Notes: a model not told the origin generated them from the sequence alone. 64,000 nt of DNA from Candidatus Aenigmatarchaeota archaeon (GCA_016198685.1 JACQID010000007.1:1-64000); one strand, 5' to 3'; positions 27,843 to 38,102 are shown, counted from the first letter of the stretch. Translations and numbers: made by a program.

Positions 27843-28889
27843 ATGTCAGGAATGGAAGGAATGGAAACACAAGAGTTTGAAGCACACAAAGCAAGGATAA
27901 TAGTTGTCGGCGCAGGAGGCGGCGGCTGCAACACTATAACGGCTCTCAGCAACAAGACAATAAACGGAGCATCTACTGTCGCATTGAATACAGACGTCAA
28001 TCATCTGAAGATGACAAAAGCAGATACAAGAATACTTATAGGAAAGCAATTGACAAGAGGCCTGGGAGCAGGTGGTTACCCTGAAGTAGGCAGAAACGCT
28101 GCTATGGAAAGCAAGGCCGAGATCAGGGAACTTCTTCAGAGCATGGATCTCGTATTCCTTACATGCGGCCTTGGAGGCGGAACAGGAACAGGCTCTTTGC
28201 CTGTAGTTGCCAAGATAGCTAGGGATTCGGGCGCTATAACAATCGCAGTCGTGACGCTGCCTTTCAAGCTCGAGGGCGCAAGAATAAGGAAAGCTGAAGA
28301 AGGCTTGTCATACCTAAGGGCAATCTGCGATACAGTTATCGTGATAGAGAACCAGAAACTCCTGGAGCTTGCAGGCGATATGCCTTTGAAGAGAGCGTTC
28401 TCGATCGCCGACGATCTGGTTGCGACCATGATAAAAGGCATAACAGAAACGATTTACGAGCCTTCGCTGGTTAACCTTGATTATGCTGACGTAAAGGCAG
28501 TCATGCGAGATGGCGGCGTAGCTACAATAGGCGTCGGAGAATCAGACAACGGCTCCAACAGGGCAGAAGAAGCCGTCACAAAGGCCCTGAACCACCCGCT
28601 TCTTGAGGTAGATTACTCCGGAGCTGCCGGCGCGCTTATACAGGTCATAGGCGGCGAAGATATGCGTCTCGAAGAAATAAACCTCATCGGTGAAAGGATA
28701 CAGAGCGAGCTTGACCCGAAGGCTCAGGTCATCTGGGGCGCCAGAATATTGCCCTCCTACAGAGGAAGGATACAGGTCATCACCATAGTCACAGGCGTGA
28801 AATCCCCGTACATACTGGGCTCAGCGCAAGTGAAAAGGGAAGAGATGTCCAAGGTAGAAGGCGCACTTGGCATAGAAATGCTGCATTGA
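27843..28889 (+). CDS. ftsZ: Cell division protein FtsZ
   Basis: VGAGGGGCN, GAG, GGGTGTG, NLDYAD. Confidence 0.95.
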   Translation: MSGMEGMETQEFEAHKARIIVVGAGGGGCNTITALSNKTINGASTVALNTDVNHLKMTKADTRILIGKQLTRGLGAGGYPEVGRNAAMESKAEIRELLQSMDLVFLTCGLGGGTGTGSLPVVAKIARDSGAITIAVVTLPFKLEGARIRKAEEGLSYLRAICDTVIVIENQKLLELAGDMPLKRAFSIADDLVATMIKGITETIYEPSLVNLDYADVKAVMRDGGVATIGVGESDNGSNRAEEAVTKALNHPLLEVDYSGAAGALIQVIGGEDMRLEEINLIGERIQSELDPKAQVIWGARILPSYRGRIQVITIVTGVKSPYILGSAQVKREEMSKVEGALGIEMLH

Positions 28890-28903
28890 TAATAACCACA
28901 CCC

Positions 28904-28980
28904 CCTTAAGCTTGCAGGCGGGAGACAGCGAAAATTCTCCCCCAGGAATTTTCCTCCCGCCTGCCAAGCTGTTTTTAAGG
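28904..28980. other. Long imperfect hairpin downstream of ftsZ (terminator or ncRNA)
   Basis: CAGGCGGGAG/CTCCCGCCTG 10 bp, GAAAATTC/GAATTTTC 8 bp, AGCTTG/CAAGCT. Confidence 0.5.
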
Positions 28981-29062
28981 CGCAGTTGCAGCTGTTTCGT
29001 CTCATACACCGGGCGGAATTCGATGTATGATTTTTAATTTCCTCTTTCTCTATACTTAATTT

Positions 29063-29542
29063 ATGGCGATACGTTTCAGAAGAATGCTGAAATCCGACAT
29101 AGATAATGTGCGGGAAGCGGCCATGGCTTCATGGAAGCACACTTATTCTGAGATATTTGCGGATGTCTTCATTGAAAAATTCGTGAATGAAAATTATTCG
29201 CAGGGTGCCCTAGAAAGCTTATTGCCTATGATAAGGGCGGGAGAAATGTTTTTTCATGTTGCAACGGATGAATCGCGAATAGTCGGATACTGCCATATGG
29301 GAAAGATCAGTACATGGGAATTGTTCAGAATTTATATCGTGCCTCAATATCAGAGCAAAGGAATAGGGAAGAAACTTCTTTGCAAGGGCGAGGAATACCT
29401 GCGAAGGAAAGGAGCGAAGAAATATTTCTGTTTCGTGCACAGGAAAAACAAGAACGGCCTCATGTTCTATCTTAAAAGAGGATTCGTTCATATACCGGAA
29501 AAAGACAAGCCTGATGAATGGCATATGGAGAAAAAATTGTAA
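29063..29542 (+). CDS. GNAT acetyltransferase
   Basis: IYIVPQYQSKGIGKKLL, FYLKRGF. Confidence 0.88.
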   Translation: MAIRFRRMLKSDIDNVREAAMASWKHTYSEIFADVFIEKFVNENYSQGALESLLPMIRAGEMFFHVATDESRIVGYCHMGKISTWELFRIYIVPQYQSKGIGKKLLCKGEEYLRRKGAKKYFCFVHRKNKNGLMFYLKRGFVHIPEKDKPDEWHMEKKL

Positions 29543-29545
29543 ACA

Positions 29546-30625
29546 TTACCGTTCTCTCTTGCCTGCAATGAACTCCTCAATCATCTTTTTGGCTTCACTG
29601 TCTGTGAATTGCTGCGGGGGGGATTTCATAAGATAGGCTGACGGCGAAGTCAGGGCGCCGGCTATTTTTCTGTCCATTGCAGCTTTGCAGCATCTTATGG
29701 CGTCAACAGCGACGCCGGCCGAATTTGGGGAATCCACAACTTCAAGCTTCAATTCAATATTAAGCGGAACATTTCCAAAAGATGTGCCTTCAAGTCGTAT
29801 GAAAGCCCATTTCCTGTCATCAAGCCACTGCACATAGTCGGAGGGACCTATGTGAACGTTCTTGGTTCCCATATCATGCTGGACCTGTGATGTAACTGCT
29901 GAAGTCTTTGAGATTTTTTTCGATTCAAGCCTTTCGCGCTCTAACATATTCTTGAAATCGGTATTGCCGCCGACATTGAGCTGCATCGTTCTGTCAAGGC
30001 GTACGCCCCGATCCCTGAAAAGATTGGCAAGAACTCTGTGCACTATCGTGGCGCCCACTTGCGATTTGATATCATCGCCCACTACGGGCAGCCCCGCCTT
30101 CTCGAATTTCTGATGCCATTCTTTTGTTTTTGCGATGAACACAGGAATGCAATTGATAAAGCCACAGCTGGCTTTGATAGCGGCTTCTGCGTAGAATTTT
30201 ACCGCTTCCTCGCTGCCCACAGGAAGATAATTTATCAGCATATCGGTCTTTGTTTCCTTGAGAATTTTTGCAACATCGACAGGTCTTGATTTGTCCTCGT
30301 GTATCATATCCCTAAGATATTTGCCGATGCCATCCATCGTGGGCCCGCGCTGCACCTTAATTCCTGTCTTTGGAACGTCCGAGAATTTCACAGTGCAGTT
30401 GGGTTCAGCAAATATGGCTTCGGCCAAATCCTTCCCCACTTTCGTTTCATTGACGTCAAAAGCAGCTGAGAATTCTATGTCGCGTATGCGATAGCCGCTT
30501 ATGACATTGTTCATCAGTCCAGGCACGATTTCATTGTCTTTTACATTCTTGTAGAATTCCACTCCCTGAACGAGGGATGATGCACAGTTCCCTATTCCCG
30601 CGATTGCAACTCTTATTTTGGCCAT
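29546..30625 (-). CDS. ino1: myo-Inositol-1-phosphate synthase
   Basis: [38 protein letters not shown]. Confidence 0.95.
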   Translation of the reverse strand: MAKIRVAIAGIGNCASSLVQGVEFYKNVKDNEIVPGLMNNVISGYRIRDIEFSAAFDVNETKVGKDLAEAIFAEPNCTVKFSDVPKTGIKVQRGPTMDGIGKYLRDMIHEDKSRPVDVAKILKETKTDMLINYLPVGSEEAVKFYAEAAIKASCGFINCIPVFIAKTKEWHQKFEKAGLPVVGDDIKSQVGATIVHRVLANLFRDRGVRLDRTMQLNVGGNTDFKNMLERERLESKKISKTSAVTSQVQHDMGTKNVHIGPSDYVQWLDDRKWAFIRLEGTSFGNVPLNIELKLEVVDSPNSAGVAVDAIRCCKAAMDRKIAGALTSPSAYLMKSPPQQFTDSEAKKMIEEFIAGKRER

Positions 30626-30725
30626 GACCATCATCAATAACTTTACAGACTGTAAAATTCTTGCCGCGAAAGTATTTATATGATGGTTACACGTGCTATA
30701 TAAATTTTACAGTGCGTAAAATCTT

Positions 30726-31034
30726 ATGCGCACGCCCATAGAAAGGCTGGAAGAGAAGCTTTTCAAGGAAAACCTCTGGCTCTTCCTTATGATGCTTCTT
30801 TCGGAGAAAAAAAGGAAGAGAAGCGACCTTCGCGAACTTGTGCACAAGAGATTCGGATTCATGCCGGGCGAGATGACGTCTTACAAAGTTCTTTTTTTGC
30901 TTGAGCAGGGCGGCTATGTCAAGAGAGACGTGGAAAAATATTATTACCCGGCCCCTGCGGGGGTGAAACAGCTCAATAAAGGCAAAAAGCTCCTTGAGCG
31001 GGCGTTCAAGATGCTTGGGCAAAGAAAAGCATAA
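30726..31034 (+). CDS. PadR-like transcriptional regulator
   Basis: YKVLFLLEQGGYV...KYYYPAPAG. Confidence 0.7.
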   Translation: MRTPIERLEEKLFKENLWLFLMMLLSEKKRKRSDLRELVHKRFGFMPGEMTSYKVLFLLEQGGYVKRDVEKYYYPAPAGVKQLNKGKKLLERAFKMLGQRKA

Positions 31035-31188
31035 GAGTTGGCGCAAATCCTCCCATGACCAGTGCAGAGATAGTAGGCGAAGTTCCCAATCTCTACGCAG
31101 AAAACGGGGCATATATAGCAACTGTCGTTAATGATGCAGCAATTGCAATGAGAGATGCTATAAAAATTCTCATGGCCTAATTATAAAG

Positions 31189-31833
31189 ATGAGGAAAGTG
31201 CGTATCGCAATTCTAATCGTGTTCTTGAGCACGCTGGCCGCGAGCCTTTATTTCTATGCGCAATTGCCCGAAATGATGCCGTCTCATTGGAATGCCGAGG
31301 GCGACGTTGACAGCTATATGCCGAAGGCATGGGGCGCGTTCCTTGTGCCCTTTCTTATTGCCGCAATAGCATGCCTTCTTTTGTTCATACCAGAAACCGA
31401 CCCGATGAAACAAAACGTGGACCGATTCCGGAATTATTATGACGGATTTGTCATACTTCTGGCTGTGTTTATGGCAGGCGTTCACTTCCAGCTGATACTC
31501 TGGGCGCTTGGGGTTGAAATAAGCCCGAATAACACGTTCCCTATAGGCATCGGCATAATGTTCTTCTATATAGGGATACTACTGGAAAAATCGAGACGCA
31601 ACTGGTTCATAGGAATCAGGACGCCGTGGACCATGAGCAGCGATCGTGTCTGGGAGAAGACGCATAAACTGGGAGGCATATTATTCAAGATTGCCGGGCT
31701 TGTTTCATTGACAGGCGTATTCTTCCCGGCATATTCTGTATTATTGATACTGATTTCAGCCATCCTTGCAGCCGTTTTCTGTGTTATATATTCTTATTTT
31801 GAATACCAGAAAGAGAAAAGCATGCGGCGATGA
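31189..31833 (+). CDS. SdpI/DUF1648 family membrane protein
   Basis: PSHWNAEGDVD, RNWFIGIRTPWTMSSDRVWEKTH. Confidence 0.9.
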   Translation: MRKVRIAILIVFLSTLAASLYFYAQLPEMMPSHWNAEGDVDSYMPKAWGAFLVPFLIAAIACLLLFIPETDPMKQNVDRFRNYYDGFVILLAVFMAGVHFQLILWALGVEISPNNTFPIGIGIMFFYIGILLEKSRRNWFIGIRTPWTMSSDRVWEKTHKLGGILFKIAGLVSLTGVFFPAYSVLLILISAILAAVFCVIYSYFEYQKEKSMRR

Positions 31834-32011
31834 TTTTTAGCATGAGAAATGCCGGAATATGGATACAGTATTTTCAGATTGTTGTAATGTCTCCTGCCGC
31901 ATTTTATATCCGGCAGGTTTGCGCTGAAAGTCCGGCATTATGCGACCCGGCAAATATTCATTATTTTGCCCGTGCTTTATATAATATAAAGATTCCAAGC
32001 AACTAAATTTC

Positions 32012-32302
32012 ATGGTCACCGATATGATCAAGGTAGTCGAAAAAACATCCAAAGCAGCACGGCTTAATCTTTCAGCTTTTGAACTTCAGAAGTTTACTGC
32101 TGATATGGAAGAGATGCTCAAGGCCTTCAATACATTGGAGAAGGTTGATGCGCCGCAGGAAGCAAGTTATCAGCCTGTTGGCATAAAGGATGCCATGCGG
32201 AAAGATGAGCCTGAGCAATGCCTGACGCAAGAAGAAGCGTTGTCCAATACCAAAAACAAGGAAAGCGGCTTCTTCAAAGGTCCGAAAGTCATAGACAAGT
32301 GA
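32012..32302 (+). CDS. gatC: Amidotransferase subunit C
   Basis: AARLNLS...MRKDEP...GFFKGPKV; upstream of gatA; alternative start at 32024. Confidence 0.8.
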   Translation: MVTDMIKVVEKTSKAARLNLSAFELQKFTADMEEMLKAFNTLEKVDAPQEASYQPVGIKDAMRKDEPEQCLTQEEALSNTKNKESGFFKGPKVIDK

Positions 32303-32306
32303 GAAC

Positions 32307-33653
32307 ATGGATTACAATATGGGAGCCAAGGAATTCCTTGCGGAAGCGAGGGATGGTAATATTGACCATGAAGATTTCTCTGCAAAATTCAATGAAGAGC
32401 TCAAGAAGCTCAGAATATATGATTTTTTCCAGCATGAGCAGGGCATGCACGGCGAGGGATTGCCGGTGTCGGTAAAGGATAATATCTGCGTCAAGGGCAT
32501 GCAAACCACGGCAGGATCGCGCATACTGCAAGGCTACATGCCTGTTTTTGATGCGTCTGTCATAGAACGCATAAAGACCATAGGCTCGGTCATAGGAAAA
32601 ACCAACCAGGATGAGTTCGGTTTCGGAACGTTTTCCGCGAATTCTGCGTGGGGAATTCCCAAGAACCCGCTTGATCCGGAAAGAAGCTGCGGCGGCTCAT
32701 CTGGCGGCGCGGCAGGATTGACGGCTGCACTCAAGATGCCACATATTGCGCTGGGCCAGAGTACGGGAGGCTCGATATCCTGCCCGGCTGCGTTCTGCGA
32801 GGTAGTTGGCCTGACACCTACTTACGGTTTGGTTCCGCGATACGGCCTCATAGATTACGCTAACTCGATGGACAAGATAGGTCCAATAGCAAAAGATGTA
32901 TGGAGCGCGGCATGGATGCTTTCTATTATAGCCGGTTATGATGAAAGGGATTCAACATCGCTTGACGTTCCCAGGAAAGATTACACGAAGACAAAAGGCA
33001 TAAAGGGCATGAAACTTGCAGTGCCGAAAGAATATTTCATAAATGTCGACAAAAGCGTTGAGAAAGATACATGGGCGGCAATAAAGAAGCTGGAATCTTT
33101 GGGCGCAACATACGAAGAAGTGTCTCTTCCGAACACGCAGAACGCACTTTATGCTTATTACATAATCGCCGCTTGCGAGGCATCAACAAACCTTGCGCGA
33201 TTCTGCGGGATGCGTTATGGGATGGAAGAGGACATAAAGGGAAATTTCAATGAATACTTCTCATCTGTGAGAACAAAAGGATTCGGCGAGGAAGCCAAGC
33301 GCAGGATAATGCTGGGCACATTTGCAAGGATGTCGGGATACAGGGAAGCTTATTATCACAAAGCCATGCGCGTAAGGACGCTTGTAATAAACGAATTCAA
33401 ATCGATCTTCGGCAAGTACGACGCGATAGCTGCACCCACGATGCCCATACGGCCGCCCAAGTTCACGGATATCAAGAAACTGAAGCCGATGGAAGTCTAC
33501 CAGATGGATATACTTACCGTGCCGGCGAATCTTGCAGGCATACCGACAATATCGGTGCCATGTGGAAAGATGACTGGTCTGCATGTAGTCGGCAATCATC
33601 TTGAGGAAGAGAAAATAATATCTATAGCTTCGGCTTACGAGGGAGCGAGATGA
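32307..33653 (+). CDS. gatA: Amidotransferase subunit A
   Basis: KDNI, GKTNQDEF, GGSSGG, STGGSI, KRRIMLG. Confidence 0.93.
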   Translation: MDYNMGAKEFLAEARDGNIDHEDFSAKFNEELKKLRIYDFFQHEQGMHGEGLPVSVKDNICVKGMQTTAGSRILQGYMPVFDASVIERIKTIGSVIGKTNQDEFGFGTFSANSAWGIPKNPLDPERSCGGSSGGAAGLTAALKMPHIALGQSTGGSISCPAAFCEVVGLTPTYGLVPRYGLIDYANSMDKIGPIAKDVWSAAWMLSIIAGYDERDSTSLDVPRKDYTKTKGIKGMKLAVPKEYFINVDKSVEKDTWAAIKKLESLGATYEEVSLPNTQNALYAYYIIAACEASTNLARFCGMRYGMEEDIKGNFNEYFSSVRTKGFGEEAKRRIMLGTFARMSGYREAYYHKAMRVRTLVINEFKSIFGKYDAIAAPTMPIRPPKFTDIKKLKPMEVYQMDILTVPANLAGIPTISVPCGKMTGLHVVGNHLEEEKIISIASAYEGAR

Positions 33654-34378
33654 AGGTCACAATGCTTGGCACAGGCACAACTATCAACAAAAGAGCAGGA
33701 GCCTCCTTGCACGTGCAGACTGACAGGAGCATCATATTTGACATAGGCCCAAGAAGCGCCTGGAACATGGAACTTGCGGGAATTGAGAGAAATGCAGCAG
33801 ATGCGATATTCATCTCGCACGGCCATGCCGACCATTATTCGGACATCCTGTTGTTCTTTTTTGATGCCGTTACGTCAGGCAGGGACGAATCATTGGATAT
33901 ATATTGCCCTCCCGGACTGGGAAAGCCGCTCGGCGCTATCAAATCTTTTCCGATAATTGACAAAGCGGAGTTTACTTCATCGATAAGGGAAATAACCAAT
34001 AAAAAAATAACTTTGGGCAGCACGGATATAACCGCAAAAGAAGTCGTGCATGATCCGGCGATACACTCGAACGCCTACAGGATCGAGCATGAAGGAAAAA
34101 GCATTGTTTACTCAGGCGACAGCATCAAGTGCAAAGAGCTTATCGAAATATCAAAAGGCGCGGATCTTGTGATATTTGAGGCCGCGCACGTGAAACCACA
34201 TCCGAAGCACATGACGCCGCAAGAAGCAGGAGAAGCTGCACAGGAAGCGGGGGCAAAGAAGCTTGTGCTGACGCACCTCTATCCGGATAGCGACGAAGCT
34301 GATATTGTAAGTATGGCAAAGAAGAAATTTTCCGGCGATATTATCAAGGCCGAAGACCTCATGGAGATCGAAATTTAA
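33650..34378 (+). CDS. MBL-fold hydrolase (RNase Z-like)
   Basis: SHGHADH, YSGD, HMTP, LTHLY. Confidence 0.85.
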   Translation: MKVTMLGTGTTINKRAGASLHVQTDRSIIFDIGPRSAWNMELAGIERNAADAIFISHGHADHYSDILLFFFDAVTSGRDESLDIYCPPGLGKPLGAIKSFPIIDKAEFTSSIREITNKKITLGSTDITAKEVVHDPAIHSNAYRIEHEGKSIVYSGDSIKCKELIEISKGADLVIFEAAHVKPHPKHMTPQEAGEAAQEAGAKKLVLTHLYPDSDEADIVSMAKKKFSGDIIKAEDLMEIEI

Positions 34379-34926
34379 TGTTCAGGGAAGGAAGAATACT
34401 GGAAAGAATGGAGAAAAATGGCGAGAGGGTCGTCATAAGATTCTTGAAGAAGAGTGACTCTGCAATGCTGCTGAAATACATACATGGCCTTGTGGACGAA
34501 AGGGCAAAAATTATGATGAACAGGAAGCCCAGCATCAAGGAGGAACGGGAATATGTCAGTGACTGCATCAGCAAATGCCGGCGAGGCAGGAACGTGCACA
34601 TAGTTGCTGAATGCGGCAAGAATATAATAGCAAGCATGCAGCTGCGGGGCGGGGAAGGCGTTGAGCACAAATGCGGAGAATTGTCCATGGGCGTTGCTTT
34701 CCCTTACAGGAAGCAAGGCATCGCGTCAAGGATGTTCATGCTATTGCAAGTTCACGCAAAAGAGAATGGGTTTGATACTATCATCTCTTCATACTATTCA
34801 AACAATGCGGCTTCAAGCAATTTTCACGAAAGATTCGGATTCAAGATAGTAGGGCAAGTGCCTAATTCAATAGATTATTACGGAAAGCGCTTGGGGAAAG
34901 TAGTTGTTTACAGGGTGTTGAGATGA
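34378..34926 (+). CDS. GNAT acetyltransferase
   Basis: YRKQGIA, NNAASSNFHERFGF. Confidence 0.8.
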   Translation: MFREGRILERMEKNGERVVIRFLKKSDSAMLLKYIHGLVDERAKIMMNRKPSIKEEREYVSDCISKCRRGRNVHIVAECGKNIIASMQLRGGEGVEHKCGELSMGVAFPYRKQGIASRMFMLLQVHAKENGFDTIISSYYSNNAASSNFHERFGFKIVGQVPNSIDYYGKRLGKVVVYRVLR

Positions 34927-36287
34927 GAATCGGGCTTGAAGTACACGTGCAATTGAGAACGCGAACAAAACTATTCTGCGGCTGCCCCAATACGCACGAA
35001 GAAAAGCCTAACATGCTCACGTGTGAATACTGCTTGGGCATGCCGGGGAGCAAGCCTGTGCTGAATACTGCGGCAGTGGATGCCGCAATAAAGATAGGCT
35101 TAGCATTGAACTGTGCATTTCCAAAAGAAATGTTCTTCTCAAGAAAGAGCTATTTCTATCCTGACATGGGCAAGAATTTCCAGATAACGCAGTACGAAGC
35201 GCCCGTGGCATCCAAGGGGATTATCGAGGCGGGAGGCAAGAAAGCCGGCATCACCCGCGTGCAGATGGAAGAGGATCCTGCAAGGATCGTCCATGAGAAA
35301 ACGCATATACTCGTTGATTACAACCGCTCCGGCGTGCCGCTGTGCGAGATCGTGACAGAGCCGGATTTCGGGTCGCCGAAAGAGGCGCGCGTGTTCCTGC
35401 AGCATCTGGCAAGCGTACTTGAATATCTTGGCGTAATGGATCCGTCTATGGAAGGCTCGATGCGAGTAGATGCCAATGTGTCTACGGAAAGCAATCGTGT
35501 CGAGATAAAAAACATCACGGGATTCAAGGAAGTTGAACGGGCGCTTAACTATGAAATAATACGGCAGAGGAATGTCATAAGGCGCGGCCATGAAATAAAG
35601 CGAGAAACGCGCGGATGGGATGCCGATGCCGGCGTCACAAGAAGCCAGCGAAGCAAGGAAGAGGAAGATGATTACGGCTACATTTTTGAGATAGACCTGC
35701 CCCGAATAACGCTTCCCAAAGCTAAGATAGACAGCATCAGGCAAACTTTGCCTGAGCTTGCCGGGCAAAAGATGAAACGTTATGCGAAGATGGGCGTCAA
35801 AGAGGAATTGGCAAAGGCGATCACATCTGAAATAGACCTTGCTCAGGCGTTCGAGAAAGTCGCTGAAAATGTCGAGCCGGCTCTTGCTGCCAAGTGGTTT
35901 GCAGGAGAAATAAAGAAGACGCTGAACTACAATGATTTGCGGATGAAAGACACAGGAATAACTACGCAGCATGTAAGCAAGCTTTTGATCATGGTTAGAG
36001 ACGGCAAGTTGACAGACAGAGCCGCTGAAATGATATTCCGTGGTATGGTGGAGAGGCCGCAGGATCCAGAAAAGCTTGCTGCAGGCATGCAGGCGATAGG
36101 AAGCGAAGGCGAGATAGAATCCCTGGCAAAAGAAGCGATAAATGAGAATCCAAAAGCCATCGAAGATTACAACGCCGGAAAGAAAGAATCGTTCAATTTC
36201 CTGGTGGGCCAGGTGATGAAGAAGACTAAAGGAAGGGCGAAGCCGGATGCGGTAAAGGCCGTGATGGAGAAGCTTCTTGGAAAATAA
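34923..36287 (+). CDS. gatB: Amidotransferase subunit B
   Basis: IGLEVHVQL, RKSYFYPD, DYNRSGVPLCEIVTEP, GSMRVDANVS. Confidence 0.95.
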   Translation: MRIGLEVHVQLRTRTKLFCGCPNTHEEKPNMLTCEYCLGMPGSKPVLNTAAVDAAIKIGLALNCAFPKEMFFSRKSYFYPDMGKNFQITQYEAPVASKGIIEAGGKKAGITRVQMEEDPARIVHEKTHILVDYNRSGVPLCEIVTEPDFGSPKEARVFLQHLASVLEYLGVMDPSMEGSMRVDANVSTESNRVEIKNITGFKEVERALNYEIIRQRNVIRRGHEIKRETRGWDADAGVTRSQRSKEEEDDYGYIFEIDLPRITLPKAKIDSIRQTLPELAGQKMKRYAKMGVKEELAKAITSEIDLAQAFEKVAENVEPALAAKWFAGEIKKTLNYNDLRMKDTGITTQHVSKLLIMVRDGKLTDRAAEMIFRGMVERPQDPEKLAAGMQAIGSEGEIESLAKEAINENPKAIEDYNAGKKESFNFLVGQVMKKTKGRAKPDAVKAVMEKLLGK

Positions 36288-36319
36288 TGGGTTTTTAAGA
36301 TTTCTGCAATTAAGAAATC

Positions 36320-36871
36320 ATGGACCTAGACCGTTCTTTATTCGTTCCGTTAAGCGGGCGTTTTATAAGAAGACCGCCACGAGCAGAAAAAATAATGAGA
36401 GACGCGGAGAATCACGGCATTCCAGTGTTCTTGGACCCGAGCGATGGGGATCCACTTGAATTTTACAATAGCGTTGCGCTGTGGTTTTATGCCAGGGGGA
36501 CACTAAGAGATTTTGCTTACGACAACCATTCATTGATGCTTTTTCAAGGACAAAATTACAGGGATTCGTGCAACATGATAGAGGGCACGTTTTCTGCAGG
36601 GCAACGCCGCGTTCCTGTCATATTCATTCCCGGAATGCATACTGACAGATATGTAGGAACAGATGTTATAGAAGATGCCAGAGTGTATTATAAGAATACG
36701 TTCAAAAGAACGCCGCCACTCACCGTGAAAATACGTCCTGCCGCGCCCTATGAGCAGCCGGGACTGTACCTTACCGACGGGCCACACAGAAAAATACTTG
36801 TGCCGCCTTCAGGGCTTTCTGAAGCGGCAAAAAGAATGGCATATCTTGCAGGCGCGTCTGATATTTTTTAG
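36320..36871 (+). CDS. Hypothetical protein
   Basis: 183-aa ORF, no recognised motif. Confidence 0.55.
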   Translation: MDLDRSLFVPLSGRFIRRPPRAEKIMRDAENHGIPVFLDPSDGDPLEFYNSVALWFYARGTLRDFAYDNHSLMLFQGQNYRDSCNMIEGTFSAGQRRVPVIFIPGMHTDRYVGTDVIEDARVYYKNTFKRTPPLTVKIRPAAPYEQPGLYLTDGPHRKILVPPSGLSEAAKRMAYLAGASDIF

Positions 36872-36938
36872 GCTCATGGATATGGCATAGCAGTGCCATG
36901 CAGGAGCTTATAACTTTTGCCTGCAAATATGCTTGCAC

Positions 36939-37039
36939 GGGCCCGTGGCTCAGCTTGGATAGAGCGCTTGGCTTCGGTCATAAGGAAGAAACCAATGAAA
37001 AGTCCATAGAGGTCGGGGGTTCGAATCCCTCCGGGTCCG
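36939..37039 (+). tRNA. tRNA-Arg(TCG) with two 13-nt introns (36978-36990 at 37/38; 36995-37007 at 41/42)
   Basis: Acceptor GGGCCCG/CGGGTCC; anticodon stem CTTGG/CCAAG after splicing; BHB helices CTTC/GAAG and GGAC/GTCC. Confidence 0.88.
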
Positions 37040-37080
37040 CTTCGATAAAGCCTTATAAAGAATTCTGAAATACGCTGTCC

Positions 37081-37452
37081 ATGCAAGGAAAAAACCGCGG
37101 CTATGCTGTAGTCCATCATCAAGACGTGCATGTGGACAGGGGCGAATTGAGCAGGCTCATAGAGGGAGTCTTGTACAATGGAGGTTCTATTTCATTTCCC
37201 GAGCAGGGACATTGCGTTGTGGGAATACCCGTGGACAAGATAGGAAAGCAACGGGGGCCGCTTGTGACAATTTCGATGCAGGAATTGGACGGCTACGTAA
37301 CATTCAGGTACAAAATTGGTGTAGTAAAACATTCGCAAATATATCGTGAGGCGCTCCGGTCTTTTGAGGGTGCATTGAGGGATGGAAGCGATGTTGTATA
37401 TGCGATGCATAACGAGGATTCTGCGAGAATGCCGCTCATAATAGAGTTCTGA
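37081..37452 (+). CDS. Hypothetical protein
   Basis: 123-aa ORF after tRNA-Arg. Confidence 0.5.
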   Translation: MQGKNRGYAVVHHQDVHVDRGELSRLIEGVLYNGGSISFPEQGHCVVGIPVDKIGKQRGPLVTISMQELDGYVTFRYKIGVVKHSQIYREALRSFEGALRDGSDVVYAMHNEDSARMPLIIEF

Positions 37453-37456
37453 AGCG

Positions 37457-37843
37457 TCATGCAACGACGAGTTTTACGTTCTCAACTTTCTTTATAGCGC
37501 GTACTTTCCCGTAGAACTCCTTGATTCTGGCAGCATCGCCGTTCAGAACGAAGATTTCCATGCACTTGCCTTTGCTCAAGTTTGCATGCACTTGCGTGTT
37601 GATTACTCCCTCATATGCATGCTTTGCCTTTGTGACGGCATCTTCGCCTTTCTGGTTGTGCATGACTAGCATGACGCATTCTATTATGCCCTCCATGGAG
37701 TTCTTCTCATGGTAATCATCCAAGAGCAATTTCATTGCGGCTCTTATAGTCTCCGAGCGTCCTGAAAACCCCAGTTCCTTCTGTGCAGAATCCATCGTGT
37801 GCAGAAGTTCCTCGTTCAATGACATGGAAATGATTTTCGGCAT
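37457..37843 (-). CDS. NikR/CopG-family ribbon-helix-helix regulator
   Basis: ISMSLNEELL...GRSETIRAA; H-x-H..C-x-E C-terminal domain. Confidence 0.85.
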   Translation of the reverse strand: MPKIISMSLNEELLHTMDSAQKELGFSGRSETIRAAMKLLLDDYHEKNSMEGIIECVMLVMHNQKGEDAVTKAKHAYEGVINTQVHANLSKGKCMEIFVLNGDAARIKEFYGKVRAIKKVENVKLVVA

Positions 37844-38102
37844 TATTAACCCCCTTTTAAGCTGTAGCATAGTTATTATTAACAATAAAGTTAAATATTA
37901 ATAATATCCAAGATACAGCATGAAAGGCGCATCTATGCTGAATATCGGGGTCACGCTCGCGATGACCGGAATAGGGATATTCTTCATAATCAAGGGTGTT
38001 GCCGGCGAGAACGTGGCTCCAGCGCTTCTGGCGTTTGCGGGCATACTGATGATAGTCGAGCAGGTATTGGATATGACTCATGCGCACGGCTGAGGGGATG
38101 AC

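Noticed and set aside
27743-28998. 10-bp complementarity between the ftsZ leader (GAAACAGTTG) and the 3' element (CAGCTGTTTC)
   Set aside because: It needs a G-U pair and does not extend, so it is plausible by chance.
28890-29030. RNase P, SRP, 5S rRNA or hammerhead ribozyme (minus-strand GAGGAAAATTCC and TGAGACGAAAC)
   Set aside because: Only superficial motif similarity: no P4 partner, SRP helix 8 motif, 5S loops or CUGANGA core with stem II.
31055-31180. 41-codon ORF faintly resembling an arginase/agmatinase C-terminus
   Set aside because: Too short and weak to call.
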